The position numbers and the translations under genes were made by a program. A stretch of 64,000 nt of DNA from Promethearchaeota archaeon (GTDB lineage: Archaea; Asgardarchaeota; Lokiarchaeia; Sigyniarchaeales; SOKP01): assembly GCA_016840085.1 (NCBI GenBank), contig JAEOTA010000055.1, positions 31,356 to 95,355 of the forward strand. Direction: 5' to 3'. Each line of letters starts with the position of its first letter. The stretch's first letter is position 1. The notes under the pieces were generated by a model. That model ran no database searches. It had not been told where the DNA came from and saw only the letters and a list, made by a program, of their open reading frames with translations. Of this stretch, positions 30,496 through 40,636 are shown piece by piece.

Positions 30496-32022
30496 TTAAA
30501 ATTGAGACCAGATTTTCATATCATACCACATTTCTCGTTCTTTCTTTAATGGATCTTCCCATATTTGTATATTGTTGTCAAATACGATTGTAGCTCTTCT
30601 TTTATTGTCATACTGTGGCCATGTAGGAATATTTTTATGATTTGGATCTCCTTTCCTAGCAAATGAAGTCCATACATCCATCATTTTCGCTGATAATATT
30701 TCAGTATCTTTTGATTTTTTAGGAATTATCCCATAATCTTTATCCCAAAACCTATTAAATACAAAAGCAATATCTAAAGCATGCATAGCACCAAATTTTC
30801 CACCTTGAAACGTAGATTCCCATGAAAAAAGGTACATATACGTATTTTTTTGATAATTACTATGGAACTCTGCAAATTTAATTGCAGGGATATGGAATCT
30901 TGAATCTGTAATAAACGCATCAATAATGTCTTGAGGTTTTGATGATAAATTGTTTTCTTCTCTTGATTCTTTATAAGAATTAATAACAAATTCAACCATA
31001 TTTTCATCTTCTCCAAGATATCGCAGAGCACTTTTTATTAACTTAGGTAGTGCCTTTGCTTCCAACTCTTTGAAATTAGGATTAATGAAATGCCAGAATT
31101 TCCATTCCTCAAGATTTGTTCCAATAATTAAGTCAATCCCCTTAGCAAATCCTTTTTTTATAGCTTTTAATGGATGTTCTGGTAGATTTTTACTATCAAC
31201 ATATGGTCCAAAGGCAAGATAAATTCCTTTGGAATTAGCTTTTTGTTGTATTTTATAAGAAGCGTCTACAATTTTTTCAGTAGGAAGTTTTCGAAGCTTT
31301 TCTAATTCATCTGGTTTTAAATTAAGTTCTTCTAATAACCATTTTGTAACTGTTTTTCTATCCGAAAGTTTATAACCTTGAGGCATAGCTCTTCCACTTT
31401 GCGCTATTACTCGATGAAATAATCCCTTAGCTTTCGGCATTGCCATTAGTATGCATACTGATTGACCCCCAGCACTTTCACCAAAAATAGTAATATTTTC
31501 TGGGTCTCCGCCAAAAAATTCAATATTTCGACGAATCCATTTTAGAGCAGCAATTTGATCCAACAAGTCAATATTTCCTGGAACATTAGGTAAAACTAAA
31601 TTTGCAAACGCACCCAAACGATAATTTATGGTAACTAATACCACATTACCTCGTCGTGTTAAATTGATTGGATTAATCCGAGAACCAGATCCATACAAAA
31701 AACTACCACCATGAATCCACACCATCACTGGACGTTTCTCAGCATCTACTCCTGGTGTCCAGATATTTAAAATCAAAGAATTAGCCTCGTCTTGTTTAGG
31801 ATAAGGTTCAGGTGTAATTGCCGTTATTGGTTGTGGAACTTCTGGCCCAAATTTTAACGCTTCTAATACACCATCCCACGATTTTTTTAGTATTGGAGCA
31901 TTTAATCTCAATTCACCAATGGGTGGTTCAACATAAGGAATTCCCTTAAAAACTAATATATTATTATCGATATATCCTTGCAACCTCCCCGCTTCTGTCT
32001 CAATAATATCAGTTTTCTTCAT
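30496..32022 (-). CDS. Type-B carboxylesterase (PnbA-like)
   Basis: WIHGGSF, FGESAGG, GTNLEE, GAMHALD. Confidence 0.93.
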   Translation of the reverse strand: MKKTDIIETEAGRLQGYIDNNILVFKGIPYVEPPIGELRLNAPILKKSWDGVLEALKFGPEVPQPITAITPEPYPKQDEANSLILNIWTPGVDAEKRPVMVWIHGGSFLYGSGSRINPINLTRRGNVVLVTINYRLGAFANLVLPNVPGNIDLLDQIAALKWIRRNIEFFGGDPENITIFGESAGGQSVCILMAMPKAKGLFHRVIAQSGRAMPQGYKLSDRKTVTKWLLEELNLKPDELEKLRKLPTEKIVDASYKIQQKANSKGIYLAFGPYVDSKNLPEHPLKAIKKGFAKGIDLIIGTNLEEWKFWHFINPNFKELEAKALPKLIKSALRYLGEDENMVEFVINSYKESREENNLSSKPQDIIDAFITDSRFHIPAIKFAEFHSNYQKNTYMYLFSWESTFQGGKFGAMHALDIAFVFNRFWDKDYGIIPKKSKDTEILSAKMMDVWTSFARKGDPNHKNIPTWPQYDNKRRATIVFDNNIQIWEDPLKKEREMWYDMKIWSQF

Positions 32023-32115
32023 GGTATTAACCGTTATTTTCTATGGAGTATAATTATATCTAAAATTTATCTTAATTGATTTTAATTGACAGCTTTATCA
32101 AATAGTACTACAAGT

Positions 32116-33471
32116 TTATTCTTCTATTTCTTGCTTTTCTTTATTTTGAACTCGTCTTTTTATTACCGCTAGTCGTTTTCTCCTAATTTTATCATAAGCA
32201 TACAGTTTAGGATGTAATTTAATATCTAAATAACCGACTATTAATAAGATAATGGCTAATATCACATTCATAAATCCAATTAATTCATATGAATCTAAGT
32301 AAATAACACTAATAGCTAAACCCCCCATTTGTAAGAATGCAGTTGAAATCAAAGGCCCAAGTACTTGTGAAGACGCCTGAAGATTAATAGCCCATCCACT
32401 TACAACTCCTTGTTGGTCTGGATCGACCGCTTTAGTGATATTTGCAGAAATAAGTGGTCTCATCAAAGCTAACATAAATGCAAATACTAAAACAAATGGG
32501 AAAACCATCCAAAATTCATATAAATAGGGGTAGATTATGAAAGTGATGATTGCTAAAACAAAAGTAATAATTAAAATTCGTTTTTCACCTAACTTTCTAA
32601 GTAGTGGTCTTATAAGAATTAATCCATATATTAAAAGACCAACGCCTGCAACTGCCATAACTAACCCAATTACCGAGGCATCTGCTCCATATCTTTTATT
32701 AAGTACTAAAGCATAACTTGACATGAACATAGAGCTAATGAGAGAAATTAAAAAAGTTTGGACGAGTCGACTTATTACTTCACCATTCCAAATACTTCTT
32801 TTATTTCCTGAATTCACTTGGACAGATTGAAGACGTTGCCTAATTTCAACTCTTCTCTCTTTTGGCATGCTTTCAACCAGTATTATTATTGTTAAAAAGA
32901 TTGTAAACACAGATAAAGTACTTGCGACAAAAAAAGGAATACGCCAATTAATTACTCCTAAAGTTCCACCAATGATAGGTCCTGCAATCATACCCCCAGT
33001 ATATCCAACCATGAATTTACTCATGTGGGAAGCTCTAGTTTGTGGAGTTGTGACATCAGTAACATACGCTCGGATGGCAGGAATTTGACCGCCGAACGTT
33101 CCATCTAAAATTCTACCAAAAAGGATAAAATAATAAGAATTCGATAATCCTAACATGAAAAATGCTAAAGCTGTACCTGCTTGTGAGATCAATAATATAG
33201 GCTTACGTCCATATTTATCACTTAGTTTTCCCCATATTGGAACAAAAATCAGCGCAGAAAGAGCATTTGATGAAATTAAAATTCCAACCATCAAATCTGA
33301 TGCTCCAAAATCCTTTGCAATTCCAGGTAATAAGGGCATAACCATGGAATAACCAAAAGAATCGAGAAGAATACAGAGTATAATTGTAAAAAGAGCATAA
33401 CGTTGATTTATTTTAAATTTCCCTAAATATTCTAAATGCTCCTCATTACTGCGATAGTTATCAGAAGACAT
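32116..33471 (-). CDS. MFS transporter, TetA/DHA1-like
   Basis: GKLSDKYGRKP motif A, about 12 TMs; ATG 33471 preceded by AAGGTG. Confidence 0.9.
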   Translation of the reverse strand: MSSDNYRSNEEHLEYLGKFKINQRYALFTIILCILLDSFGYSMVMPLLPGIAKDFGASDLMVGILISSNALSALIFVPIWGKLSDKYGRKPILLISQAGTALAFFMLGLSNSYYFILFGRILDGTFGGQIPAIRAYVTDVTTPQTRASHMSKFMVGYTGGMIAGPIIGGTLGVINWRIPFFVASTLSVFTIFLTIIILVESMPKERRVEIRQRLQSVQVNSGNKRSIWNGEVISRLVQTFLISLISSMFMSSYALVLNKRYGADASVIGLVMAVAGVGLLIYGLILIRPLLRKLGEKRILIITFVLAIITFIIYPYLYEFWMVFPFVLVFAFMLALMRPLISANITKAVDPDQQGVVSGWAINLQASSQVLGPLISTAFLQMGGLAISVIYLDSYELIGFMNVILAIILLIVGYLDIKLHPKLYAYDKIRRKRLAVIKRRVQNKEKQEIEE

Positions 33472-33580
33472 TAAATTATTACACCTTAATAAAATATGGG
33501 TTTGAAAATTAAGCACAACATAAAAATTTCATTTATGATATAAAATAATAAATTTGTAAAAATTAGTATTAAGGCTAATC

Positions 33581-34231
33581 TTAATGAGCAGAAATTGGTA
33601 ATCTATTTAAAGCTTTCTTCAATAGTTTTTGATTTGATTCGGGATAGTGTTGTGAATATTCTAATATCTTTTCTTCGGAAATTCCACTTAATAGTTTGGA
33701 GACTTCAATTAGTATTTTGTTTTCATTCATATGATTATATTCCCATAAATAAATTAAATCTAAAATGGTTTTTTCGTGATCTGAATATCGTGTTTTGTTA
33801 TGAATTATTCCGAAATCAAAAAGAGAATTTTTGAATCTCAAAAGCCGGAATTTCTTACCTAAAATCTTTGTAGGTTGATTAAGTAAAATCTTATCATTAA
33901 TTAAATAAAAATAGTTATCTTGATGATCATAATTGATATTCATTAAATCCAATGCAGTATAAAGACCAAAATACCAATTATTTACTCGCTTATATTTTAA
34001 AGCTTTTGATAGTAACTCTAAAAATGGATATTTTAACTTTTTTCGATTAATTTCATTCGCAGTTTTCACGTAATAAATATCATCTAAAATAGATAATAAA
34101 TATCCTCGTGAAATTAAATAATCACTTATACGCCAATAGTTGGAATATAACTCTTCACAATACTTCTTTAATTCGTCAGAAGTAATAAATTCCTTTTTAT
34201 CTTGCCTTATTTTATTTAAAACACGATTCAT
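33581..34231 (-). CDS. AbiEi-like (type IV TA antitoxin) transcriptional regulator
   Basis: N-terminal wHTH-like part (YLISRGYL..I..DIYYV), WYFGLYTAL, YSDHEKTILD. Confidence 0.6.
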   Translation of the reverse strand: MNRVLNKIRQDKKEFITSDELKKYCEELYSNYWRISDYLISRGYLLSILDDIYYVKTANEINRKKLKYPFLELLSKALKYKRVNNWYFGLYTALDLMNINYDHQDNYFYLINDKILLNQPTKILGKKFRLLRFKNSLFDFGIIHNKTRYSDHEKTILDLIYLWEYNHMNENKILIEVSKLLSGISEEKILEYSQHYPESNQKLLKKALNRLPISAH

Positions 34232-34345
34232 AAATCAAATCTTCAAAAATAAAAAAAAATTGTAAGTAAATTTAACAATATCTATATATAAGAATGCATA
34301 GCTTTTATGCTTTTCAAGATATATTTTCTACTTTTTTTAAGCCTA

Positions 34346-34435
34346 TTAAATCTTCCACAAATATAGAATTTCGACTTTGATGAACTTATCAATATCTAAA
34401 AGTAACATTTGATCCTCATTGATAGTTCAAGCAAA
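34346..34435 (-). pseudogene. 3'-end remnant of a histidine-phosphatase paralog
   Basis: FA*TINEDQMLLLDIDKFIKVEILYLWKI* aligns without gaps to FAFTFEEDHILLLDYGELKPIELPHWWKN of 29717-30445. Confidence 0.65.
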
Positions 34436-34488
34436 AGATAATAAGAAGAAAAAAAGTTATTTAAAGTTTAAATTGCTTTTGAAACGAT

Positions 34489-34995
34489 TTAAGGGACAAA
34501 AGTTTGAACGAGTAATGTACTTGAAAAAATTTCGTTATTAATATCGCTTCCGAATATACTAATAGTTACATTATGAGCTCCAGCGGAAACTGTATCTAAT
34601 GACATTTGAAGTGAAACAGGTACATCAATTCTATCACCCATTGTATGAATAGACCACCACGGATAAGTAGGGCCAGATAACACATCACCATCTAACACGA
34701 AATTGAGTTGAATATATGAATTTGTTCCAGCTTGCACAGCGGCCTTGGTATTAAAATGAAAATATACCGATTCTCCAGAGCTTACAGTAAAATCGATTGT
34801 TAATGTATCGATTTTTATTGTTGTGGAAATAGGATTAGTTTTCTTAGAGCTATAATCGAATTTATACCAAGTATTTTTAATACCGGATCCTTCATCTGTA
34901 GGTGCTACCGCAAAAAATATTTGATACAATCCAAGTCCGAGAGCACCAATTGCTATTAAAAGGGCTAAAACGGCTAAACCTGAAGATTTTGCCAT
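34489..34995 (-). CDS. Exported or membrane-anchored beta-sandwich protein
   Basis: N-terminal hydrophobic helix; Ser/Thr-rich all-beta body ending GAHNVTISI...TLLVQ. Confidence 0.7.
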   Translation of the reverse strand: MAKSSGLAVLALLIAIGALGLGLYQIFFAVAPTDEGSGIKNTWYKFDYSSKKTNPISTTIKIDTLTIDFTVSSGESVYFHFNTKAAVQAGTNSYIQLNFVLDGDVLSGPTYPWWSIHTMGDRIDVPVSLQMSLDTVSAGAHNVTISIFGSDINNEIFSSTLLVQTFVP

Positions 34996-35361
34996 AATTT
35001 CATTCCTCTATTCTCTTATATTTTTAGGTTAAATTTCTTTTTTAAAAAAAATTTAAAAATTGGTTTAAATTAATTGGGTTTTAGATTATATATAAATTTT
35101 AAATAGAAATGAGTAAGATTCCTAAGATTAACTTCTATCGAAAATTATTGATTTTTAACTACTTTATTTACATGTTATAAATTTTTTATAAATTAATTCT
35201 ATATTTTAATAGTCTTCTCGGAGTTAGGTTTATAAATCGGAATCAAAATCATTTATAATTTATCTGATTTAATTTTAAATAAGCGGAATCATATTGAAAA
35301 TTAATTCTTTTTACTAAAGATTTAATTTAATTTCACTAATTAAAGAGAGGTCATAAATTTA

Positions 35362-36603
35362 ATGTTAAAATTTAGTATAAAAAATGCATTCAGAAAGAAA
35401 TTAATAGCAATTTTAGCTAGTGTTGGAGTTGGAGTTGGCTTGATGCTCGTTTTCGTCATTGGAGCTTTTACTGCAGGAGTTCGTTCTCAATTTAATCAAA
35501 ATCTAAATCAAACCATCGGGCTGATTGAGATAATTGAAAAAGATCAAGCTGGATCAAACAGTCATCTGCCAGTGAATACGCCAGATGCTCTTTTCAATAC
35601 TCCAGAAGTAGGACAATTTATAACAGATTATAATGTTGAAACTCAAGCACCTTTATATTTTACTTCAAACTACTCTGGTTCTAATAATCTTCAAAATGCA
35701 GGAGATAGCCTTACTTTATATGGTTTAAATTTAACATTAGATCAGGCATGGGAGGGGCCTACATCCAAAATTTTGGAAGGGAAAGTTTTCAATAGTGGTG
35801 TAAAAGAAATAATTATTGACTCACGATTAGCAAATGTAGCTAAATTTCCAGTATCTATAGGTGATACTATCATAATAAGTCTTGATCCAGGTGGGATTAA
35901 TACTATTAGTTTAACTATAGTAGGTATATATGATCAAGAAGATCTAGGGGCACCACCTTTCGTTCCACGAGAATATTATATATATGTAGATATAGGAGTA
36001 ATCTGGGAATTATTAGATAATGCTGGAGAGCAATCTAATATTTATAGCTCAATTGACTTGCGATTTGATGTGAAAACAACAGAAGAAACAGAAGCTTTTG
36101 TTGAGAAATTCAATGAATATTCAGAAAGTAATGGATATGAGCCGACTTATATAGTAGCTTTTGCACTTGCTTCTTTTTTTGAATCAATAGAAGAAACATT
36201 TGGGATTTTTGATGCATTTGCGAGTATTATTGGACTTATCACGGTAATTGCTGGCGGAATGGCAATAATTGTCACCCAATTGATGTCAGTAACGGCTCGA
36301 ATGAAGGAATTTGCTATACTTAAAGCAACTGGTTGGAAAAATCGTCATATATTTAAAGATGTAATATTTGAATCTTTAACACTCGGTCTATTAGGAGCAG
36401 GTATCGGTATGGGATTTGGAAGTTTCTTAATATATCTTTTAGGCAGTGGATTTAGCCCTTTTGGTGGTGTTGTAGCAATCATTACTTTAGAAGGTGTTAT
36501 TGAAGTATTAGCTTACGCCTTAGGACTAGGTGTTATAGGAGGATTATATCCCGGAATAAAAGCATCAAGAGTAAGACCTGTTGTGGTCTTAAAAGGGGAA
36601 TAA
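35362..36603 (+). CDS. ABC transporter permease, MacB/FtsX family
   Basis: N-terminal TM, large extracytoplasmic domain, SVTARMKEFAILKATGW, GLYPGIKASRVRP. Confidence 0.92.
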   Translation: MLKFSIKNAFRKKLIAILASVGVGVGLMLVFVIGAFTAGVRSQFNQNLNQTIGLIEIIEKDQAGSNSHLPVNTPDALFNTPEVGQFITDYNVETQAPLYFTSNYSGSNNLQNAGDSLTLYGLNLTLDQAWEGPTSKILEGKVFNSGVKEIIIDSRLANVAKFPVSIGDTIIISLDPGGINTISLTIVGIYDQEDLGAPPFVPREYYIYVDIGVIWELLDNAGEQSNIYSSIDLRFDVKTTEETEAFVEKFNEYSESNGYEPTYIVAFALASFFESIEETFGIFDAFASIIGLITVIAGGMAIIVTQLMSVTARMKEFAILKATGWKNRHIFKDVIFESLTLGLLGAGIGMGFGSFLIYLLGSGFSPFGGVVAIITLEGVIEVLAYALGLGVIGGLYPGIKASRVRPVVVLKGE

Positions 36604-36607
36604 GGAG

Positions 36608-37336
36608 GTGAAAATAGTGTCAGTTATAATATTAAAAGATGTAAGTAAAGTATACGGTGAAGAGAGAACAGAGATCAAAGCTTTATATCATGTAGATTTA
36701 GAAATTGAAGAAGGAAAAATTTTTACAGTAATGGGTCCTTCGGGAAGTGGAAAAAGTACTTTATTAAACATTTTAGGAGCAATGGATAAACCTTCTTCTG
36801 GTGAAGTTATTGTAAATGGTATTGATATAGGAAATTTGCCTGAACGAAAATTGTCTGAGTATCGTAAAAAACAAGTTGGATTTACATTTCAAAATTTCTA
36901 TCTACTACCTAATTTAAACGTTCTAGAAAATGTCCTTGTTCCTTTAGTTCCATACGGTATAAAAGATGAGGATAGAAAAAGAGCTCAAGAAATACTAGAT
37001 ATAGTCGGGCTAGGTGATAGAACAACTAGTAAAGTAAGTAAATTATCTGGTGGAGAATCTCAAAGAGTAGCAATTGCTCGTGCATTGATCAATGATCCTA
37101 AGATAATTTTAGCTGATGAGCCCACAGGAAACCTTGACTCCGAAACAGGAAAATCAATTATAGAATTACTAATCAAGCTTGCTGAAAAAGGAAAAACTTT
37201 AATTATTGTGACTCATGATCCTCGAGTTGCAGGTATGATTGCTGATCATCCCCTCGGAAAAAATATATGGATTAAAGATGGTCAGTTGAGTGATGAACCT
37301 ACATATGATATGTATTGTTGGGATTCAAAAACTTAA
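36608..37336 (+). CDS. ABC transporter ATP-binding protein (LolD/SalX-like)
   Basis: GPSGSGKS, LSGGE, ILADEPTGNLD, VTHD. Confidence 0.95.
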   Translation: MKIVSVIILKDVSKVYGEERTEIKALYHVDLEIEEGKIFTVMGPSGSGKSTLLNILGAMDKPSSGEVIVNGIDIGNLPERKLSEYRKKQVGFTFQNFYLLPNLNVLENVLVPLVPYGIKDEDRKRAQEILDIVGLGDRTTSKVSKLSGGESQRVAIARALINDPKIILADEPTGNLDSETGKSIIELLIKLAEKGKTLIIVTHDPRVAGMIADHPLGKNIWIKDGQLSDEPTYDMYCWDSKT

Positions 37337-38299
37337 TCAAATATTTCCTTTACTTTTCTTCTTAAAATCTTTTTTTAAAAGAACATTTAGATTTCGAGGG
37401 AATAATTCAAGATACTCAATTAAGTCAAAATTTTTTAATTTTTTCGCAGTTTCTCCCGGAAGTTGCTTAATATTTTTTCCCTCTAAAATTTCTTTTGTTT
37501 CTTCTTCAGAAAATGTAGGTCCTTGTTCAATCCAATTAAATACTTTTTTATTCGCGGGACAAACTTTTTGGCAATGAAGACATCCTACAAGACAATTATG
37601 CCATGAAGGATCTAACCATTCTGGAAACTTAATTTCTCCAGGATGTTCGTTATGAAAAGTAATACATCGTTCAGCATGTAAAAGGAAACGTTCAGATGTA
37701 ATAGCTCCCGTAGGGCAGTTGTTAATACAAGCAGAACAATTTTCGCATAAATCCATCATCTGTAGATCTTGCCATGAATCATTCTCTATTGGAAAATTAG
37801 AATAATATCCTGCCAAGCGATAGAAGCTTCCCATTTCTGAAACATACGTGATATTATTCCTTCCATATTTTGCTAACCCACTACGTACTGCTAAGGTTTT
37901 GAATGGGATGCGAGCATATACAACTTTATACCCTTCAGGATTCAAAATGCTTTCTAAGATCTCCTGAACCTCATCCATTACCTGCTTACTATATAAATAG
38001 GTTGGAGGAATAAGTAAAGAGATATTCTCATTTTGCCATGTGAAATTTACTTTAAAGGAGGATTGCGGAACTGCAACGATAAATAATGAATATTCCTCAG
38101 GTAAACTTAATACTGGTTCGAATTCAAAATAAGAAAGACACTCATCATAAAACAGAGGGTCAAAAAGCTCTTGTTCATGATGTTTTTCAATATCCTTTTG
38201 TAAATCACTAACACGCTTTGCAGAAATTACTTGTCCTTTATATCCTTTTGCTGCTAAACTATTGTGGAATTTTTCTAGTATTTTAGCCCTATTTACCAT
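37337..38299 (-). CDS. QueG-like (epoxyqueuosine reductase/reductive dehalogenase superfamily) Fe-S protein
   Basis: AVRSGLAKYGRNN, CENCSACINNCPTGAI, ERCIT, GCLHCQKVCP. Confidence 0.8.
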   Translation of the reverse strand: MVNRAKILEKFHNSLAAKGYKGQVISAKRVSDLQKDIEKHHEQELFDPLFYDECLSYFEFEPVLSLPEEYSLFIVAVPQSSFKVNFTWQNENISLLIPPTYLYSKQVMDEVQEILESILNPEGYKVVYARIPFKTLAVRSGLAKYGRNNITYVSEMGSFYRLAGYYSNFPIENDSWQDLQMMDLCENCSACINNCPTGAITSERFLLHAERCITFHNEHPGEIKFPEWLDPSWHNCLVGCLHCQKVCPANKKVFNWIEQGPTFSEEETKEILEGKNIKQLPGETAKKLKNFDLIEYLELFPRNLNVLLKKDFKKKSKGNI

Positions 38300-38383
38300 A
38301 ACTCACACCCTTTTAACTATTGTGTTAGAGTTTTGAAATTAATTGTGAAATTACTGTTGATTAAGATTAATAAATTATTAAAT

Positions 38384-39559
38384 TTACTTAGATTCTGTTG
38401 GAGTAATTGCTGAGTCTCGTTTAACTTCTTTTTGGAGCATTTTAAACGCATTCATTGACGATGAAAAGGTCTTTGCACTATAATTTTCAACCAAATCTCT
38501 TAGTTCTTCATCAAAGATTCGGACATACACTTCAATTTCAGGATATCGCAAATGAAATTTAGATGTTAAATAAATTGATTCATCAAATTCGGATTCGTGT
38601 TTCCAACATATAAATACTTGGGAAACTTCGTCTAAATTCACATGAGCGCGTAAATCGCTTAAAAAACAAGCAAATTCATTAATCATATGTAATTGTTCAT
38701 TTACTACAAACTCAATGCCATCATGTTCATCATCAAAAAGATAAACTTGACGACCAGGTTCCAAAGAAAGGTAGTAAGCTATACGATGGGTTAAACTATC
38801 GCGTCCAATCACAATTGCGTTTCCTGTTTTATCTTGAGTCCATTTGCGAATGCGATCCATAGCCCAATTTGAGGTTGAAAATGAAAATGCGTTTAATGGG
38901 GATTGCATGAGATATTCTCGCACATGATCATCAAAAGCCCGTACATAAATTGGGCATTCAGGATTGATTTTGCGAATTTTTGCTGTACAAATTATAGCAA
39001 CTCTAACATCACCAACATTGATAAAAACCTCTTTAGCACTTTTGATATTTGCAGCAGTGAGGTTAGACGTCTCGGTAGCATCGCCAACAACTATTGGATG
39101 ACCTGCATTTATTAGATCTTCAACTAATTCTTCGCTATCTTCGATAAGACAGAAAGGTTCTTCATTCTCGACACAATATTCTATAATTCTTTTAGAAAGA
39201 TGGTGATATCCAATAATAACTGTATGAAAATATCTATGGCGAGCAAGAATTCTACTAGTAACAATAGGATTATATTTTTGCAGTAATTCTCCCATGATAA
39301 ATCCAAATACTATCACTTCGAGTAAAATAGGCAACACTAGCGCATAAAAATTAGCATAATCTCCTGCATCCGCGGGAGATCTAACAGTTATCGAGAATAA
39401 TAATAGATTACCAAAAGTCTCGTTGGGTTCCGTAATAACAAAAAAGAGAAAACCGCTAAACCAGAATAAAAAGAAAAAGATAAACTGCACTCTGTATTGT
39501 TTAAGTTTAAGATGGATTTCAATAAATAAGTTCAATAAATTCATAAATGAAAATAACAC
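38384..39559 (-). CDS. Two-TM ion-channel-like protein with tandem RCK (TrkA-N) domains
   Basis: 2 TMs, then HTVIIGYHHLS, VGDAT, IYVRAFD and a second degenerate RCK. Confidence 0.75.
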   Translation of the reverse strand: MLFSFMNLLNLFIEIHLKLKQYRVQFIFFFLFWFSGFLFFVITEPNETFGNLLLFSITVRSPADAGDYANFYALVLPILLEVIVFGFIMGELLQKYNPIVTSRILARHRYFHTVIIGYHHLSKRIIEYCVENEEPFCLIEDSEELVEDLINAGHPIVVGDATETSNLTAANIKSAKEVFINVGDVRVAIICTAKIRKINPECPIYVRAFDDHVREYLMQSPLNAFSFSTSNWAMDRIRKWTQDKTGNAIVIGRDSLTHRIAYYLSLEPGRQVYLFDDEHDGIEFVVNEQLHMINEFACFLSDLRAHVNLDEVSQVFICWKHESEFDESIYLTSKFHLRYPEIEVYVRIFDEELRDLVENYSAKTFSSSMNAFKMLQKEVKRDSAITPTESK

Positions 39560-39686
39560 ACTCCAATATAAAAAAAATTTGAATCACTTTATAATTAATT
39601 ATATTATAATCCTTCTTTAACAATATAAAATTGAATTCACCAGTCAAGAATCTAGCTTAATTGAAAAAATATCAATTATCAGGAAT

Positions 39687-40508
39687 TTATAGAAAGAAAT
39701 CGGGATAAAGAGTTGAACCAGAATCAACTGAATATTTATCTAGATCAGTTATACCATGTTCAATTAAGAGATCCTCATCTATAAAGAAGTTCCCTGTACA
39801 TTCTATACTTGGTTTTGTCAAAATTATATACGCTGCATCTACCACAATTTCCGGTTTTCTTGAATGTTTGATTGCTGACTCTCCACCTAATAGATTTCTA
39901 ACCGCAGCTGTCGCTATAGATGTACGTGGCCATAATGCATTGACGGCAATACCATCTTTTTTGAACTCTTCCGCCATACCTAAAACACACATGCTCATTC
40001 CATATTTAGTCATTGTATAAGCTAAATTATTTTTAAACCATTTTGGATCTAGATTTAGCGGAGGGGATAAATTTAATATATGTGGATTTTCCGCTTTTTT
40101 TAAATAGGGAACACATAGTTTGGAACATAAAAATGTTCCACGGACGTTAACTGAGAACATGAGATCATACCGTTTCATTTCAATTTCTAACGTAGGGGAT
40201 AGATTTATGGCGCTGGCATTATTTATAAGGATATCAATCCCTCCAAATTCATCCACAGTAGCTTCTACGGCATTTTTAACCTGATCCTCAAATCTTATAT
40301 CAGTTATGACCGGAAGAGCATTACCACCAACAGATTTAATGTCTTTTACAGCTGTATATACAGTTCCAGGTAAATTTGGATGAGGTTCTTTTGTTTTAGC
40401 TACTACTGCAATATTAGCACCTTCTCTAGCTGCTTTTAACGCAATAGCTTTTCCAATCCCTCTACTTGCACCAGTAATAAAAAGTGTTTTTTCTTTTAAG
40501 GATGTCAT
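39687..40508 (-). CDS. SDR, HSDL2/citronellol dehydrogenase-like
   Basis: TGASRGIG, PHPNLPGT, NNASAI, YTMTKYGMS, NALWPRT. Confidence 0.93.
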   Translation of the reverse strand: MTSLKEKTLFITGASRGIGKAIALKAAREGANIAVVAKTKEPHPNLPGTVYTAVKDIKSVGGNALPVITDIRFEDQVKNAVEATVDEFGGIDILINNASAINLSPTLEIEMKRYDLMFSVNVRGTFLCSKLCVPYLKKAENPHILNLSPPLNLDPKWFKNNLAYTMTKYGMSMCVLGMAEEFKKDGIAVNALWPRTSIATAAVRNLLGGESAIKHSRKPEIVVDAAYIILTKPSIECTGNFFIDEDLLIEHGITDLDKYSVDSGSTLYPDFFL

Positions 40509-40636
40509 TTATAATTACGATTTAGCTTTTTTTTTCTTTTATTGATTTTTTAACTACAAACACGATTAAATAGTTTATATTAATAGTTTATAAGAAAAAT
40601 GTTTATACTTTATTTTATGATAGCTAAAATATAGAA

